Translations under genes and position numbers: made by a program
NCBI GenBank assembly: GCA_937907455.1
Contig: CALESQ010000082.1
Location: 10,898-74,897 of the forward strand
DNA length: 64,000 nt
Direction of reading: 5' to 3'
Source of the DNA: an uncultured Caldilineales bacterium
Lineage (GTDB): Bacteria; Chloroflexota; Anaerolineae; JAAEKA01
In this document: piece by piece, positions 36,136-47,322 of the stretch
Layout of the letters: each line of letters begins with the position of its first letter
How positions within the stretch are numbered: the first letter of the stretch is position 1
The notes under the pieces: model-generated
The model's database searches: none
What the model was told of the DNA's origin: nothing
What the model saw: only the letters and a program-made list of their open reading frames with translations

Positions 36136-39100
36136 CTAGCGCGTGCGCCGCCGCTTGGCTGCCGGCGCTGCTTTGCCGGGCACAGGTGATTTGGTTGGCG
36201 CGGGTTTGGCCGCAGCCGGTTGAGCCGCATTGACTGGCGGGCCGCCGCCTGCGCGGTCGCTGGCCATGTGGCAATGCTTGTATTTCTTGCCGCTGCCGCA
36301 CCAGCAAGGATCGTTGCGGCCCGGCCCGGCAGGCGATGCCGCCGCAGGAGCTGCCGAGGCCGCAGCACTGCCTTCGTCGCTGCGGTTGGTTTGCACCACG
36401 CGGCGCGCCGGTTGGGGCTGGCGGGCCACATCCACCTTGTAGATGGCGTGAACAATGTCGTTTTCAATCGCAGCCAGCAGCTCCTGGTACATGGCGTGCG
36501 ACTCTTTTTTATAGGCCACAATCGGCTGAATTTGGCCGATGGCCCGCAGGCCAATGCCTTCACGCAGCGCATCAAGATCGGTAAGATGGCGCACCCAGCG
36601 GTTGTCCACCGCATTCAGCATCACCATGCGGTCGCGGAACAGCGCCGCTCCCTGGGCGATGCCTTGCAGCACCGCGTCTTTAGCTGCATCGGGCAATTGG
36701 CGCAGCGGCAGATCGGCCACATCGTCAGGGATAACCCCATCAAACGCCTCGCCGATGCGTTGGTGCAGCGTGACAAAGAAAGGATCGGGCCGTTCGGCCA
36801 TGCCGTTCAGGCTGAGTGCCTCGCTGCTAAACTGGCGCAGCAGGTCTTCACCGCTGAGCGCCGCGCGGCGGTCATACAACGCTTCGGCATATTGGCTGAT
36901 CTCAGCTTCGATTTCAGCAGGGCTGAACGTCTGCCAGGCAGCCGCGCTGTGGGCGGTGTCCAGCGGCAAGATAGCGTTCACCGCGGCATGAAGGCCAGGC
37001 AGGTCGCGCTTGCCGTCGGCATCGGGCGTGGCGAAGGTGTCTACCAGCCGTCCGATCTGCGACTGCACCATGTCCAGCACGGTGGGGCGCAGTGTCGGTT
37101 CGCTGAGAATACGCCGCCGCTGGTCGTAGATCACTTCACGCTGTTTGTTAACAACATCATCAAACTCTAATACGTGTTTGCGCACATCAAAGTTGTAGCC
37201 TTCGACACGAGTTTGGGCATTTTCCAATGATTTGCTAACCAACCCATGCTCGATAGGCACATTATCTTCCACGCCCAGCCGCTGCATCAGCCCGGCCACA
37301 CGTTCACCGCCAAAGCGGCGCATCAACTCATCGTCCAGCGCCACAAAGAAATGGCTGGAGCCAGGATCGCCCTGCCGACCGGCGCGGCCACGCAACTGGT
37401 TGTCAATGCGCCGTGCTTCGTGGCGTTCCGTGCCCAGCACATGCAGTCCGCCTGCGGCCAATACCGTTTCGCGGGCGCGGGCGCAGTCTGTGCGCGCTTC
37501 GGCCAGTGCCTGCTCCCACACCCCCGGTTCCAGCGCGATCAGGTCGTGCCCGGCGCGGCGCAGGGTGTCGCGGGCAATGCCTTCAGGATTGCCCCCCAGC
37601 AAAATATCTACGCCACGCCCGGCCATGTTGGTGGCAATCGTCACCATGCCGGGGCGCCCGGCCTGGGCAATCACCAGGGCCTCACGTTCGTGGTTTTTAG
37701 CATTCAATACATTATGAGGGATGCCGCGGCGCTTCAGCAGGCCGGCGAGATATTCGCTGGTTTCGATGGCTACGGTGCCGACGAGAACCGGCTGCTGCCG
37801 CTGATAGCAAGCCTCAATCTCATCCAGCAAAGCGCTGAACTTGGCCCCGCCATTGCGGTAAACGGCATCCTGCTGATCCACGCGCTGCACCGGCACATGG
37901 GTGGGAATAGCCACCACCTCCAGATTGTAGATCTTGGCGAACTCTTCGGCTTCGGTTTCAGCGGTGCCGGTCATACCGGCCAGCTTGTTATACATGCGGA
38001 AGTAATTCTGAAAGGTGATGGTCGCCATGGTCAGCGACTCGTGTTGGACTTTCACCCCTTCTTTGGCCTCGATAGCCTGGTGCAGGCCTTCGGAATAACG
38101 GCGACCTTCCATCAGGCGGCCAGTGAACTCATCTACAATCACCACCTCGCCGTTGCGCACGATGTAGTCGCGGTCGCGACGATAGAGCACCGCCGCGCGC
38201 AGGGCATTATCCAGATAGGGCGACAGCTCGAAGTGCTCAGGCGAATAGAGGTTGGTAATACCCAGCGCGCTTTGCACCTTTTCGATGCCGCCTTCGGTGA
38301 GGGTGACCACCTTGTCTTTTTCGTCCAGCACATAGTCGCCATCAGCGGCTTCCTTGTTGCTAGAGGCGCGCAGCCGGGGCATCAACTCGGCAAAGGTTTT
38401 GTACCAGTTGCTGGACGCCTGCGCCGCGCTGGAGATGATCAGCGGGGTGCGTGCCTCGTCAATCAGAATGTTGTCTACCTCGTCTACAATGGCAAAGTAG
38501 AGCGGACGCTGCACGCACTGGTTTTGATCGTTGACCATGTTGTCGCGCAGATAGTCGAAGCCAAACTCGTTGTTGGTGCCGTAGGTGATGTCGGCAGCAT
38601 AGGCTGCGCGGCGGGTGATGGGGCGCAACCGCTGAAAACGGTCGTCCTCTGACTGCCAATTGGGGTCGAACAGGTAGGAACCGCGGTTGGGGTCGCCCGC
38701 GGTGGATTGGATCACCGAGGTGCTGAGACCCAGCAGGTGGTACACCGGCCCCATCCACTGCACGCCGAACTTCGACAGGTAATCATTGGGGGTTACCAGG
38801 TGTACGCCGCGCCCGGTGAGTGCATTGAGATAGAGCGGCAGGGTGGCTACCAGGGTTTTGCCCTCGCCGGTTTTCATCTCGGCGATCATGCCGTTGTGCA
38901 GCACTACGCCACCGATCAGTTGCACATCGAAATGGCGCATGCCGGTGGTGCGGCGACTGGCCTCACGCACCAGCGCAAAGGCCGCAGGCAGGATCTCCTG
39001 CATGATCTCTTCTTCCAGGTCACGGATCGCCTTGTCCTGGCGCTTGATCTCCTGGGCCATCTGAGCGCGTACGTTGACATCCCCTTCGATTTCCCATTCG

Positions 39101-39309
39101 CTGCGCAGCTCGACCAGCGCGGCTTTGGCGCCGCGCGTAGCTAATTGTATTTTTTCTTTGAATTCAGCCGTTCGCTGGCTGAATTGCTCGTCAGCTAGCT
39201 GCTGAGTTTCAGCTTCCAGCGCGTTGACTTGCTGTGCCAATCGTTGAGCTTGTTTCACCGCTTTTGTAGCTGTGTCACCAAACGCTTTTTTAAACAGATC
39301 GCGAAACAT
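36136..39309 (-). CDS. secA: preprotein translocase ATPase subunit SecA
   Basis: 1057 aa; Walker A MKTGEGKT; DEAD-like motifs; C-terminal zinc finger CWCGSGKKYKHCH followed by a long basic tail. Confidence 0.9.
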   Translation of the reverse strand: MFRDLFKKAFGDTATKAVKQAQRLAQQVNALEAETQQLADEQFSQRTAEFKEKIQLATRGAKAALVELRSEWEIEGDVNVRAQMAQEIKRQDKAIRDLEEEIMQEILPAAFALVREASRRTTGMRHFDVQLIGGVVLHNGMIAEMKTGEGKTLVATLPLYLNALTGRGVHLVTPNDYLSKFGVQWMGPVYHLLGLSTSVIQSTAGDPNRGSYLFDPNWQSEDDRFQRLRPITRRAAYAADITYGTNNEFGFDYLRDNMVNDQNQCVQRPLYFAIVDEVDNILIDEARTPLIISSAAQASSNWYKTFAELMPRLRASSNKEAADGDYVLDEKDKVVTLTEGGIEKVQSALGITNLYSPEHFELSPYLDNALRAAVLYRRDRDYIVRNGEVVIVDEFTGRLMEGRRYSEGLHQAIEAKEGVKVQHESLTMATITFQNYFRMYNKLAGMTGTAETEAEEFAKIYNLEVVAIPTHVPVQRVDQQDAVYRNGGAKFSALLDEIEACYQRQQPVLVGTVAIETSEYLAGLLKRRGIPHNVLNAKNHEREALVIAQAGRPGMVTIATNMAGRGVDILLGGNPEGIARDTLRRAGHDLIALEPGVWEQALAEARTDCARARETVLAAGGLHVLGTERHEARRIDNQLRGRAGRQGDPGSSHFFVALDDELMRRFGGERVAGLMQRLGVEDNVPIEHGLVSKSLENAQTRVEGYNFDVRKHVLEFDDVVNKQREVIYDQRRRILSEPTLRPTVLDMVQSQIGRLVDTFATPDADGKRDLPGLHAAVNAILPLDTAHSAAAWQTFSPAEIEAEISQYAEALYDRRAALSGEDLLRQFSSEALSLNGMAERPDPFFVTLHQRIGEAFDGVIPDDVADLPLRQLPDAAKDAVLQGIAQGAALFRDRMVMLNAVDNRWVRHLTDLDALREGIGLRAIGQIQPIVAYKKESHAMYQELLAAIENDIVHAIYKVDVARQPQPARRVVQTNRSDEGSAAASAAPAAASPAGPGRNDPCWCGSGKKYKHCHMASDRAGGGPPVNAAQPAAAKPAPTKSPVPGKAAPAAKRRRTR

Positions 39310-39395
39310 CTATTATCTTCTCTCACAGAGTGAATCACAGAAACGCCGCCTCGAAAGGGAGTGGCGTTTCCAGGGTTGGAATAATCAAGCAATGT

Positions 39396-39428
39396 ATTAT
39401 ACCACAACCAGCAAGGGGGACAACCGGC
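39396..39428 (-). promoter_or_regulatory. candidate secA promoter: extended -10 TGGTATAAT with TTGTCC -35 (16-nt spacer), about 90 nt upstream of the secA start
   Basis: Seen on the minus strand; the leader also contains the direct repeat ttgcaacg(N8)ttgcaacg and a stem (gaaacgcc...ggcgtttc) 20 nt before the ATG. Confidence 0.3.
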
Positions 39429-39796
39429 CCGCGACAGGTGGGCAGACGGCAGGGCGATGGGGTTTGCAGATACAGGAAACCAGGGGGACGAATGAAAAGC
39501 GGGCAAAAAAAAGATTTACCGAATGAACGCACCCTGTCGGCAAAGATGCTGGATGAATGATGACCGAGTGCGCTCATCGGTAAAAACTTCGACGCTTTCA
39601 GCCCGGCAAGTCCCCCCGGACCATCCGGAACGTCGAAGCGATATAGGCAGATTGTGTACTCCCAGGAAAAGACCGTTCACAGGATAACACAGGCCTGCCC
39701 AGTCGTTCTATTGAGTTGATCAAACAACCTATCCTAAACCTATCACCACCCTGTCAGAATTGTCGTTGCAATGCGGAGGCGTTGCAACGATTCTGC

Positions 39797-40858
39797 TCAG
39801 ACCATGAAGCCCTGATGCAGCAGCAATTCAGCATTGAGCACCGAACCACCAGCCGCGCCGCGCACGGTATTGTGGCCCAGCAGCACAAATTTCAGATCCA
39901 AAACAGGGTCAGGACGGATACGACCTATCACGGTAGCCATGCCCTGACCGGCCATGCGATCAAGGCGCACCTGCGGGCGATCCGGCTCGTCGCGCACGAT
40001 GATGCAGGGGTCGGGCGCGCTGGGAAGGCCCAGGGTTTGCGGCAGGCTGCGATAGCTACGCAGCACCTCGGCGGCTTGGGCGGGGGTAGCCTTGTGCCGC
40101 AGAGAAACCGACACGCATTCCAGGTGGCCGTCAAGGGTATGGACGCGGTTGCAATGCGCGCTCAGCGCGAAATTAGCAAAATCAATACCTGTGCCGTTAA
40201 ACAGACCCAGCATTTTCAGCGGTTCGGTTTCCAGCTTCGACTCTTCATTGCCGATGTAAGGAATAACGTTGTCGGTGATGTCCATGGTAGACACGCCAGG
40301 ATAGCCCGCGCCTGACACAGACTGCATAGATACCACGAAGACCTTGTCCAGCCCGAAGCTGTCGTGCAGCGGTTTCAGCGCGGCAGTGAGATGGGTGGCA
40401 GTGCAGTTGGCGTTGGCTATAATAAAGCCAGGCCAACCGCGGCGCTGCTGTTGCACACGAAGCAAAGCCGCGTGTTCGGGGTTGACATCGGTGATCATCA
40501 ACGGCACGTCATCGTCCATGCGATGCGGCCCGGCGTTGGTGAACACATAGTAGCCCGCGGCAGCGAATTCAGACTCGACGCGCTCGGCCACTTCGTTGGG
40601 CGTGGCCGAAAAGATGATGCGGCAATCGCGGAATTGATCAGGATGCCCCAAGCGCAGCACCATGTCGCGCGCGGCTGCGGGCATATCAGGTTGCAGCACC
40701 CAACGCCGCTCGTGGTATTTCACGCCTGCCGAGCGATCCGATGCACCCAGCGCGGCTAACTCAAACCAGGGGTGATCGGCCAGCAGTTGCACAAAGCGCT
40801 GGCCCACAGCCCCGGTAGCACCCAGAATGCCAACTTTAACTTTAGAACTCAATTTCAA
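39797..40858 (-). CDS. asd: aspartate-semialdehyde dehydrogenase
   Basis: GILGATGAVGQRF NAD motif; active-site Cys in the SGAG region. Confidence 0.9.
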   Translation of the reverse strand: MKLSSKVKVGILGATGAVGQRFVQLLADHPWFELAALGASDRSAGVKYHERRWVLQPDMPAAARDMVLRLGHPDQFRDCRIIFSATPNEVAERVESEFAAAGYYVFTNAGPHRMDDDVPLMITDVNPEHAALLRVQQQRRGWPGFIIANANCTATHLTAALKPLHDSFGLDKVFVVSMQSVSGAGYPGVSTMDITDNVIPYIGNEESKLETEPLKMLGLFNGTGIDFANFALSAHCNRVHTLDGHLECVSVSLRHKATPAQAAEVLRSYRSLPQTLGLPSAPDPCIIVRDEPDRPQVRLDRMAGQGMATVIGRIRPDPVLDLKFVLLGHNTVRGAAGGSVLNAELLLHQGFMV

Positions 40859-41258
40859 TCTCCTGCAAACGGTCGGTGTCTGTAGCTGGTTGATTGCGCG
40901 CCTCCATCAACGCCAGGCGGTTGTCAAGCAGCACGCGTACAGCCAACAGCAGCTCGCGTTCAGCACCACGCAGGTGCTGCCAGAACTCGCTGCTCAAGCT
41001 GGGCGCAGGCAGCCAGGCGCGCAAACCGCGCAGCCCCTCAGCCAGCCAGCTATTCCATGAAAAATCGTCTCCGGCCTGAGCTATACGCGCAGCCTCTTCG
41101 GCATCCAGCCAGGGCGTGTTGAAAAGATGCTGCCAGGGATCATCCTCGGCAGTTGCCGGTGGCTCGGCGTGCAGGTGACGCGCGGCTTCGGCCTCGCGAC
41201 GGCGTTCCATCTCGGCTTCGTATTCGGCAATGCGGGTACGGATATTATCAACAGGCAT
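40842..41258 (-). CDS. hypothetical protein
   Basis: 138 aa from MPVDNIRTRIAEYEAE; GAGGAG RBS; overlaps the asd 3' end by 17 nt. Confidence 0.35.
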   Translation of the reverse strand: MPVDNIRTRIAEYEAEMERRREAEAARHLHAEPPATAEDDPWQHLFNTPWLDAEEAARIAQAGDDFSWNSWLAEGLRGLRAWLPAPSLSSEFWQHLRGAERELLLAVRVLLDNRLALMEARNQPATDTDRLQEIEIEF

Positions 41259-41626
41259 AGCGGGGGCTCCTCGGCAGGCCAAAATCAACGGCCCGATTGT
41301 AGCCGAAAGTGAGGTAGCTTGCAAGTGACCATTGCAGGCGACAGATCACCAGCCAAAGAACACTCACTGCGTTGTAAAATCAAGTTTGTCTGTGGCAATT
41401 GCTGATAGCCTGTCATTCCCCGGCCCGGCCGGGCCGGGGAAGCCCTTCACGAACGCGTGGAGACTCTTCGCTGCGTTCGGAGTGACAGCACTGAGTGCGT
41501 TTTAGCTTGCTGAAATCAGCGATCTGTGTTACATCAATATAGACGTGTTTGTTGGTTTTTTGTATTCGCAATCAATCTGCCTGCGTTCTTTAGCACGCTA
41601 ATTGATCAGTTTTCCAGCCTGATTCG

Positions 41627-42802
41627 ATGAATCTCATCAACAATATCCCCGTTTGGGGCGATCTGAACGACGAAGGCGCGCTGCGCCAGATTGCTAACTG
41701 CGCCAAAGAGGCCGACGCTGCGGCGCTAATGGCTGATCACCATCTGGGCTATGCCGTGCCCATCGGCGGCGTGGTAGCCTATGCCGACAAGATCAGCCCC
41801 TCTGGTGTAGGCTTTGATATCGCCTGCGGCAACAAGGCCGTGCTCACCGATCTGCCCGCGGCCGAGGTGCGTCGCCACATTCGCCGCATCATGGACGACA
41901 TCTGGGGGACCTTGTCCTTCGGTATCGGGCGCAAAAACGCCACGCGCGTAGACCACGCCCTGTTTGATGATCCGGCGTGGCGCATCGGCGCGGTAGCATC
42001 GCATAAAAAGCTGGCCAGCGAGCAACTCGGCACCATCGGTTCCGGCAATCACTACGTAGACCTGTTTGCAGACGAGCAGGAACGCGTGTGGATCGGCGTA
42101 CACTTTGGTTCACGCGGGCTGGGCCACAAAACCGCCACCTACTTTCTGCAGGCCGGGGGCGCCAAAGATGGCATGGAGGTGGATCCGCTGGTGCTGGATG
42201 CGCGCTCTGCCCTGGGCGAGGATTATCTGGCCTGCATGGCGCTGGCGGGACGTTACGCCTATGCCGGACGTGACTGGGTGTGCAGCGAGGTGGCGCGGCT
42301 GCTAGGCGCCACTATCCTGGACGAAGTACACAACCACCACAACTTTGCCTGGCGCGAGCAGCATAATGGCCGCGATCTGTGGGTGGTGCGCAAAGGGGCT
42401 ACACCAGCCTTCCCCGGCCAGCGCGGCTTTGTAGGCGGCTCAATGGGCGACATCTCGGTGATTTTGGAAGGCGTGGATTCGCCGGAAGCGCGGCTGGCGC
42501 TGCACTCCACCGTACACGGCGCGGGGCGGGTGATGAGCCGCACCGCGGCACGCGGCAAGATCAACCGTAAAACGGGTAAAGTCATCTCCCCGGGCAGGGT
42601 GTCGCGCGAGATGATGATGGCCTGGGTGAAGGGGCAAGGCGTGGAGCTGCGCGGCGCAGGCACCGACGAATCGCCGCATTGCTACAAGCGTCTGCCTGAC
42701 GTGTTGGCGCACCACGCCGCCACCATCCGCATCCTGCACACACTTACCCCGCTGGGCGTGGCCATGGCCGGTGAAAACGAATGGGATCCGTATAAGGATT
42801 AG
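41627..42802 (+). CDS. rtcB: RtcB family RNA ligase (short form)
   Basis: GSGNHY, HNHHNF, HGAGR and PHCYK motifs. Confidence 0.85.
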   Translation: MNLINNIPVWGDLNDEGALRQIANCAKEADAAALMADHHLGYAVPIGGVVAYADKISPSGVGFDIACGNKAVLTDLPAAEVRRHIRRIMDDIWGTLSFGIGRKNATRVDHALFDDPAWRIGAVASHKKLASEQLGTIGSGNHYVDLFADEQERVWIGVHFGSRGLGHKTATYFLQAGGAKDGMEVDPLVLDARSALGEDYLACMALAGRYAYAGRDWVCSEVARLLGATILDEVHNHHNFAWREQHNGRDLWVVRKGATPAFPGQRGFVGGSMGDISVILEGVDSPEARLALHSTVHGAGRVMSRTAARGKINRKTGKVISPGRVSREMMMAWVKGQGVELRGAGTDESPHCYKRLPDVLAHHAATIRILHTLTPLGVAMAGENEWDPYKD

Positions 42803-42906
42803 AAGGGAGGGGCAGGGAAATTGGGAGATTGGTACGCCGAAGGCGGGTAGATTGGGAGATTAGGTGGGAGGATAGAGTGAGAAAAGATAAGCTCCGCCCA
42901 TCGTCG

Positions 42907-43055
42907 CTTGGGCCGGTCCCTGCGGGATGATTCCCAATCTCCAGACCGTGCCCCCGTTGCCGGACTCGGTCTGGAGACCGGCCGGAGCCTTTAGGATACT
43001 CTGCTTGGGCCGCTCCCTGCGGGATGGTTCCCAATCTCCAGACCGTGCCCCCGTG
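42907..43055. repeat. two about 52-bp direct repeats (cttgggccgSTccctgcgggatgRttcccaatctccagaccgtgcccccgt) separated by their own inverted complement; hairpin-rich convergent-terminator region
   Basis: Seen directly. Related attgggagatt motifs (reverse complement of aatctcccaat) occur just upstream, at 42815-42880. Confidence 0.45.
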
Positions 43056-43060
43056 TCATC

Positions 43061-43753
43061 TTACTCAATCACCGCCACTGCGCGAACGGGAGAACCACTG
43101 CCGCCGCGGATCCGCAACGGCAGCGCGATAAAACGAAAGCGCCCGCGTCCGATCAGTTGATGCAGGTTGATCAGCCCTTCATAGTGAGTAAAACCCAACT
43201 CGCCACACACGCGATGCACCGCTCGATTGGAGAGATGGCGCACGCCTGGCGACATACCCTCCACGCCGAACGCGGCGATGCGTTGCTGTCCCAGCCAACG
43301 CGCGGCCTCCTCACTCAGGCCAGGCGGTTCAGCCCAGGTTGAGCTGCCAAAAGTGCGCCGATAGTGATCGGTGTAGAGCAGCACCGTGTCACCCGGCTCG
43401 ATGTTCAGGCCCGCCGTAGCCAACGCGGCCTGCAAATCATTCACCTCAATCAACTCGTTAGGGCCGCGGTGCGACAAATCAAGACAAATTCCCGCAGTAT
43501 AGAACTGTGTCAGCGGCATGGTGTCAATGGTCTGCCCGTGCCAGGGCCGACCCATGTGGCTGAGCGCATCCACATGGGTGCCGCTATGCTCGCTCAACTC
43601 CAGACGATTCACCGCGGGCGTGGCGCCAACGCTGGGCGGCAAACCCTCCCATTGTTCGTGAGTGGCATGCACTGTTACGCGCACCGGCGGCATGCCGGAA
43701 AACACCGGCATATCGCTATACAGTTCCTGGCTGAGGTCAATAAGTTCAGGCAT
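43061..43753 (-). CDS. cyclase family protein (kynurenine formamidase-like)
   Basis: HSGTHVDALSH metal-binding motif; likely start at MPELIDLS. Confidence 0.6.
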   Translation of the reverse strand: MPELIDLSQELYSDMPVFSGMPPVRVTVHATHEQWEGLPPSVGATPAVNRLELSEHSGTHVDALSHMGRPWHGQTIDTMPLTQFYTAGICLDLSHRGPNELIEVNDLQAALATAGLNIEPGDTVLLYTDHYRRTFGSSTWAEPPGLSEEAARWLGQQRIAAFGVEGMSPGVRHLSNRAVHRVCGELGFTHYEGLINLHQLIGRGRFRFIALPLRIRGGSGSPVRAVAVIE

Positions 43754-43818
43754 GACATTCGCGCCGGCAGATGACAGGGCGGCGGAAAAGCAATTCATCT
43801 CCGCTCGCCGTTCACCGA

Positions 43819-45096
43819 TCACCGATCACCGATCCATTCCACCACGGTTGCTTCGCCCTGGCCCACGCCCACACACAGGGTTACCAGGCCATAGCGCACG
43901 GGGTTGCCAGCCGCGGCGCGGCGACGCATCTCATGCACCAGGGTAGTCATCAACCGCGCGCCAGAGCAGCCCAGCGGATGCCCCAGGGCAATGGCGCCAC
44001 CGTTGACATTGGCCTGCGCCGGATCAATCTCCAGCTCGCGCAGGCAGGCAATGCTCTGCACCGCAAAGGCTTCATTGATCTCCACCAGACCTATGTCGGC
44101 CAGGCTGAGGCCCGCGCGCGCCAGCGCCTTGCGCGTAGCTGGCACCGGCCCCAGGCCCATTAGTCGCGGGTCTACGCCTGCCGCAGCCGAGGCCACAATG
44201 CGTGCCAGGGGCTTCATTCCAAGCGCCGCGGCGCGTTCGGCTGAGGTCAGCAGCAGCGCGGCCGCGCCATCGTTCAGCCCGCTGGAATTGCCCGCGGTCA
44301 CCGTGCCGCCCTTGCGAAAAATCGGCCCCAGCCTGGCAAGCTGCTCCAACGTAGTGTCCAGCACGATCTCGCCCGTTTCCTCGCGGCGGTAGCGCGGATG
44401 CTCATCCAGTGCCACTATCGTGGGTGGCCCCTTACGTTGAGCAATTGGCACAGGTGTGATCTCCTCAGCCAGCCGGCCCGCGGCCATAGCCGTCACCGCG
44501 CGGCGCTGGCTCTCGAAAGCAAAGACGTCCTGCTGTTCACGGCTGATCACACCGCCCGCTACCCCGCCCTGCATGCTTAATTCATAGATATTTTCAGCGG
44601 TTTCGCCCATTTGCTCCAGCGGAAACAATGCCTCCAGTCGCGGGTTGGGGTAGCGCCAACCCAACGTAGTGTCGTAGATGGTGGCATGACCGGTGGGATA
44701 GCTGCGCTCGGCCTTGGGCATAGAATAGGGTGAGCGGCTCATAGACTCCACGCCGCCAGCCAGATACACATCGCCTTCACCGGCCTTGATAGCGCGCGCA
44801 GCCTGGTTGATGGCGTTCAACCCAGAGGCGCACAGGCGGTTGAAGGTGACACCGGCCACCTGTTGCGGCAAACCGGCCAGCAGCACGGCCATGCGTGCCA
44901 CATCGCGGTTATCTTCACCGGCCTGGTTGGCGCAGCCCAGATACACTTCTTCGATCAGCGCGGGATCAAGGCCGGTGCGCTGGATCAACGCTTGCAGCGG
45001 CAGCGCGGCCAGGTCATCAGCGCGCACCGCGGCCAGTGCGCCGCCATGACGACCCACCGGCGTGCGGATAGCATCAAGGATCACAACATCGTGCAT
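43819..45096 (-). CDS. acetyl-CoA C-acyltransferase (thiolase)
   Basis: Thiolase signatures including the active-site Cys (LCASGLNAI) and C-terminal [11 protein letters not shown]; start taken at [15 protein letters not shown] with a GAGG RBS. Confidence 0.85.
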   Translation of the reverse strand: MHDVVILDAIRTPVGRHGGALAAVRADDLAALPLQALIQRTGLDPALIEEVYLGCANQAGEDNRDVARMAVLLAGLPQQVAGVTFNRLCASGLNAINQAARAIKAGEGDVYLAGGVESMSRSPYSMPKAERSYPTGHATIYDTTLGWRYPNPRLEALFPLEQMGETAENIYELSMQGGVAGGVISREQQDVFAFESQRRAVTAMAAGRLAEEITPVPIAQRKGPPTIVALDEHPRYRREETGEIVLDTTLEQLARLGPIFRKGGTVTAGNSSGLNDGAAALLLTSAERAAALGMKPLARIVASAAAGVDPRLMGLGPVPATRKALARAGLSLADIGLVEINEAFAVQSIACLRELEIDPAQANVNGGAIALGHPLGCSGARLMTTLVHEMRRRAAAGNPVRYGLVTLCVGVGQGEATVVEWIGDR

Positions 45097-45330
45097 AGTA
45101 GCCTCGGGAGATAGGGTGAGGGAGTGAGAGGGTGACAAGGTGAGGGGGTGACAGGTAGCGGGGTGACTGCCATTCCCAAACTAACCTGAATATCGCTTGG
45201 GCCTGTCTTCGACCGTGCCCGTGCGTTTCATCCATGAATGACTGTTTACTGGATACTGCGCACTGGGTACCCTTGCAGTTTGCCTTGCGGTGCATTCTAC
45301 CATAGAATCAAGCTGCAAAGGAGAATTGCT

Positions 45331-45609
45331 ATGGCCCCTGCTGAAATTGTGATGTTGGCTACCCCCTGGTGTGGCGATACACGCCTGGCGCGCCGTGTGT
45401 TGGATGAGCTGGGCATTACCTATGATTTCGTAGACTTCAGCCGCGATGAGCCGGCGGCGCGGCGCGTTGAGCAGATCACCGGCGGCTTTCGCAGCTCACC
45501 TACCATCCTCTTTCCTGACGGCAGCGTGCTGATAGAGCCAGCGGCACGCATCTTGCGCGAGAAAATCGAAACGCTGCAAGCCGCCGGCTACCACCTGGGC
45601 ACAGTGTAA
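45331..45609 (+). CDS. glutaredoxin-like protein (CxxT variant)
   Basis: 92 aa from MAPAEIVMLATPWCGDT; Grx fold pattern; AAAGGAGA RBS; the listed ORF starts earlier. Confidence 0.5.
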   Translation: MAPAEIVMLATPWCGDTRLARRVLDELGITYDFVDFSRDEPAARRVEQITGGFRSSPTILFPDGSVLIEPAARILREKIETLQAAGYHLGTV

Positions 45610-45747
45610 CGATCCCCGCGCGTACAGCATCTCAAAACCAAAGCAAGTACTGTCTGGTACAATAAACGCTTGTCCCTAGGAAATACGTCTTGGCCGGTTT
45701 ACCCCGAGCCATAGCGCCTTGCCAACGGATATGACCAAGGATCAACC

Positions 45748-46704
45748 ATGAGCGAACAACACACAGAACAATTGATTATTATCGGCAGCGGGCCGGCAGG
45801 CTATACCGCAGCCCTGTACGCCTCCCGCGCCAATCTGAACCCTTTGCTGTTTACCGGTAATGAAATCGGCGGCCAGGTCGCCATCACCTCAGAGGTCGAG
45901 AACTACCCGGGCTTTCCCGAAGGCATTCTCGGCCCTGAGTTGGTAGAGAAATTCCAAAAACAGGCTGAGAAGTTCGGTACACGTATCGAATATGACTGGG
46001 TGAACGAAGTGGATTTCCGCCAGCACCCCTTTGTGGTGCGCACCGCCAGCGGCAGCGAACACCGCGCCGAGGCAGTAGTTGTCAGCACTGGCGCTACCCC
46101 GCGCAAGCTAGATGTGCCCGGCGAAAAAGAGTACACCGGCTACGGCGTCAGCTATTGTGGCACCTGCGATGGCTTTTTCTTCCGCGGCAAGGAAGTAGTG
46201 GTTGTCGGTGGCGGTGACAGCGCGCTGGAGGAGGGCCTCTTCCTTACCAAGTTTGCCACCAAAGTCACCGTGATTCACCGCCGCGATGAGCTGCGCGCCA
46301 GCAAGATCTTGCAGGATCGCGCCGCGGCCAATCCCAAAATGGCCTGGAAGTGGAGCACGGTGATCGAACGTATCAACGCTGCAAGCAGCGCAGAAGGCTT
46401 GCCGCCCAAAGTGACCTCGGTCACTCTGCGCGATCTGAAAACCGGCGAGGTCTATGATTACACCACTGATGGCGTATTCATCTTTGTGGGTCACATCCCC
46501 AACTCGCAGCTTTTCACCGATCAACTGGATATTGACGAAGCCGGCTTTGTCATCACCGACCGCCGCTATCATACCAGCATCCCCGGCGTGTTTGCCGCTG
46601 GCGAGATTCAGGACCCGGTATTCCGCCAGGTCATCACCTCTGCCGGACAAGGCGCGGCCGCAGCCATGCAAGCCGAAAAATTCCTGGCCGAGCGGGAAGC
46701 ATAG
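45748..46704 (+). CDS. trxB: thioredoxin-disulfide reductase
   Basis: [13 protein letters not shown] motif; redox CGTCDG (CxxC); [14 protein letters not shown] motif. Confidence 0.9.
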   Translation: MSEQHTEQLIIIGSGPAGYTAALYASRANLNPLLFTGNEIGGQVAITSEVENYPGFPEGILGPELVEKFQKQAEKFGTRIEYDWVNEVDFRQHPFVVRTASGSEHRAEAVVVSTGATPRKLDVPGEKEYTGYGVSYCGTCDGFFFRGKEVVVVGGGDSALEEGLFLTKFATKVTVIHRRDELRASKILQDRAAANPKMAWKWSTVIERINAASSAEGLPPKVTSVTLRDLKTGEVYDYTTDGVFIFVGHIPNSQLFTDQLDIDEAGFVITDRRYHTSIPGVFAAGEIQDPVFRQVITSAGQGAAAAMQAEKFLAEREA

Positions 46705-46773
46705 GCAAAACAAGCCTCGAATTCAAAGAAGAGCCGGCTTTGCGGAACTGCTGCAAAGCCGGCTGACCTCACC

Positions 46774-47310
46774 ATGCTGCCACCTGCGCACATCGAATTC
46801 ACCTGGGCGGCGCTGAATGCCTTGCAGCGCCGTGCCGGTCTTTTTCCCAAAGCCGACTATCGTCTCATAGCGCTGGCTGCCGTGCTGCCCGATCTGGTAG
46901 ACAAGCCGTTGGCTACATTCGTCCTCACCGACGAAGATGCCGCGCTGCTGTTCGGCCACACCGCTTTGGTACATAGCGGCGTATGGGCCTCAGCCTGGGC
47001 CGCGGGCAAGCTGGAGCAAGCCCTGCCCTATCTGCTGGCCTTTTCCGGTCACCTGCTGGCTGACCGCATGTGGAGCTTCCGCCAAACCCTGTGCTGGCCC
47101 TTGCGAGGACGGCGTTTTCATCAGTGGAAGCATGTCGGTTCGCCGCAAGCCATCCTGCAAGCCTATCTTCACGTCATCCGTCAGGAACCGCTGCTAATCA
47201 CCTTTGAGTTGCTGGGCGCATTGCTGCTGGCTTGGTTTGTCCTTGACCGCGGCCTGTGGCAACACGCAGCCATGGCTGATTTTTTGCACACCGGCAGTGT
47301 CACCCCATAA
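46774..47310 (+). CDS. membrane-bound metal-dependent hydrolase-like protein (YbcI/DUF457-like)
   Basis: His-rich motifs (PAHIEFTW, LPDLVDKPL, GHTALVH, SGHLLAD) interleaved with TM segments. Confidence 0.4.
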   Translation: MLPPAHIEFTWAALNALQRRAGLFPKADYRLIALAAVLPDLVDKPLATFVLTDEDAALLFGHTALVHSGVWASAWAAGKLEQALPYLLAFSGHLLADRMWSFRQTLCWPLRGRRFHQWKHVGSPQAILQAYLHVIRQEPLLITFELLGALLLAWFVLDRGLWQHAAMADFLHTGSVTP

Positions 47311-47322
47311 ACTACACCCATC

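Noticed and set aside
36220-38652. Plus-strand ORFs up to 468 aa overlapping secA
   Set aside because: They are antisense to SecA, which is recognised along its whole length. The compositions are Arg/Ala-rich and typical of GC-rich antisense frames.
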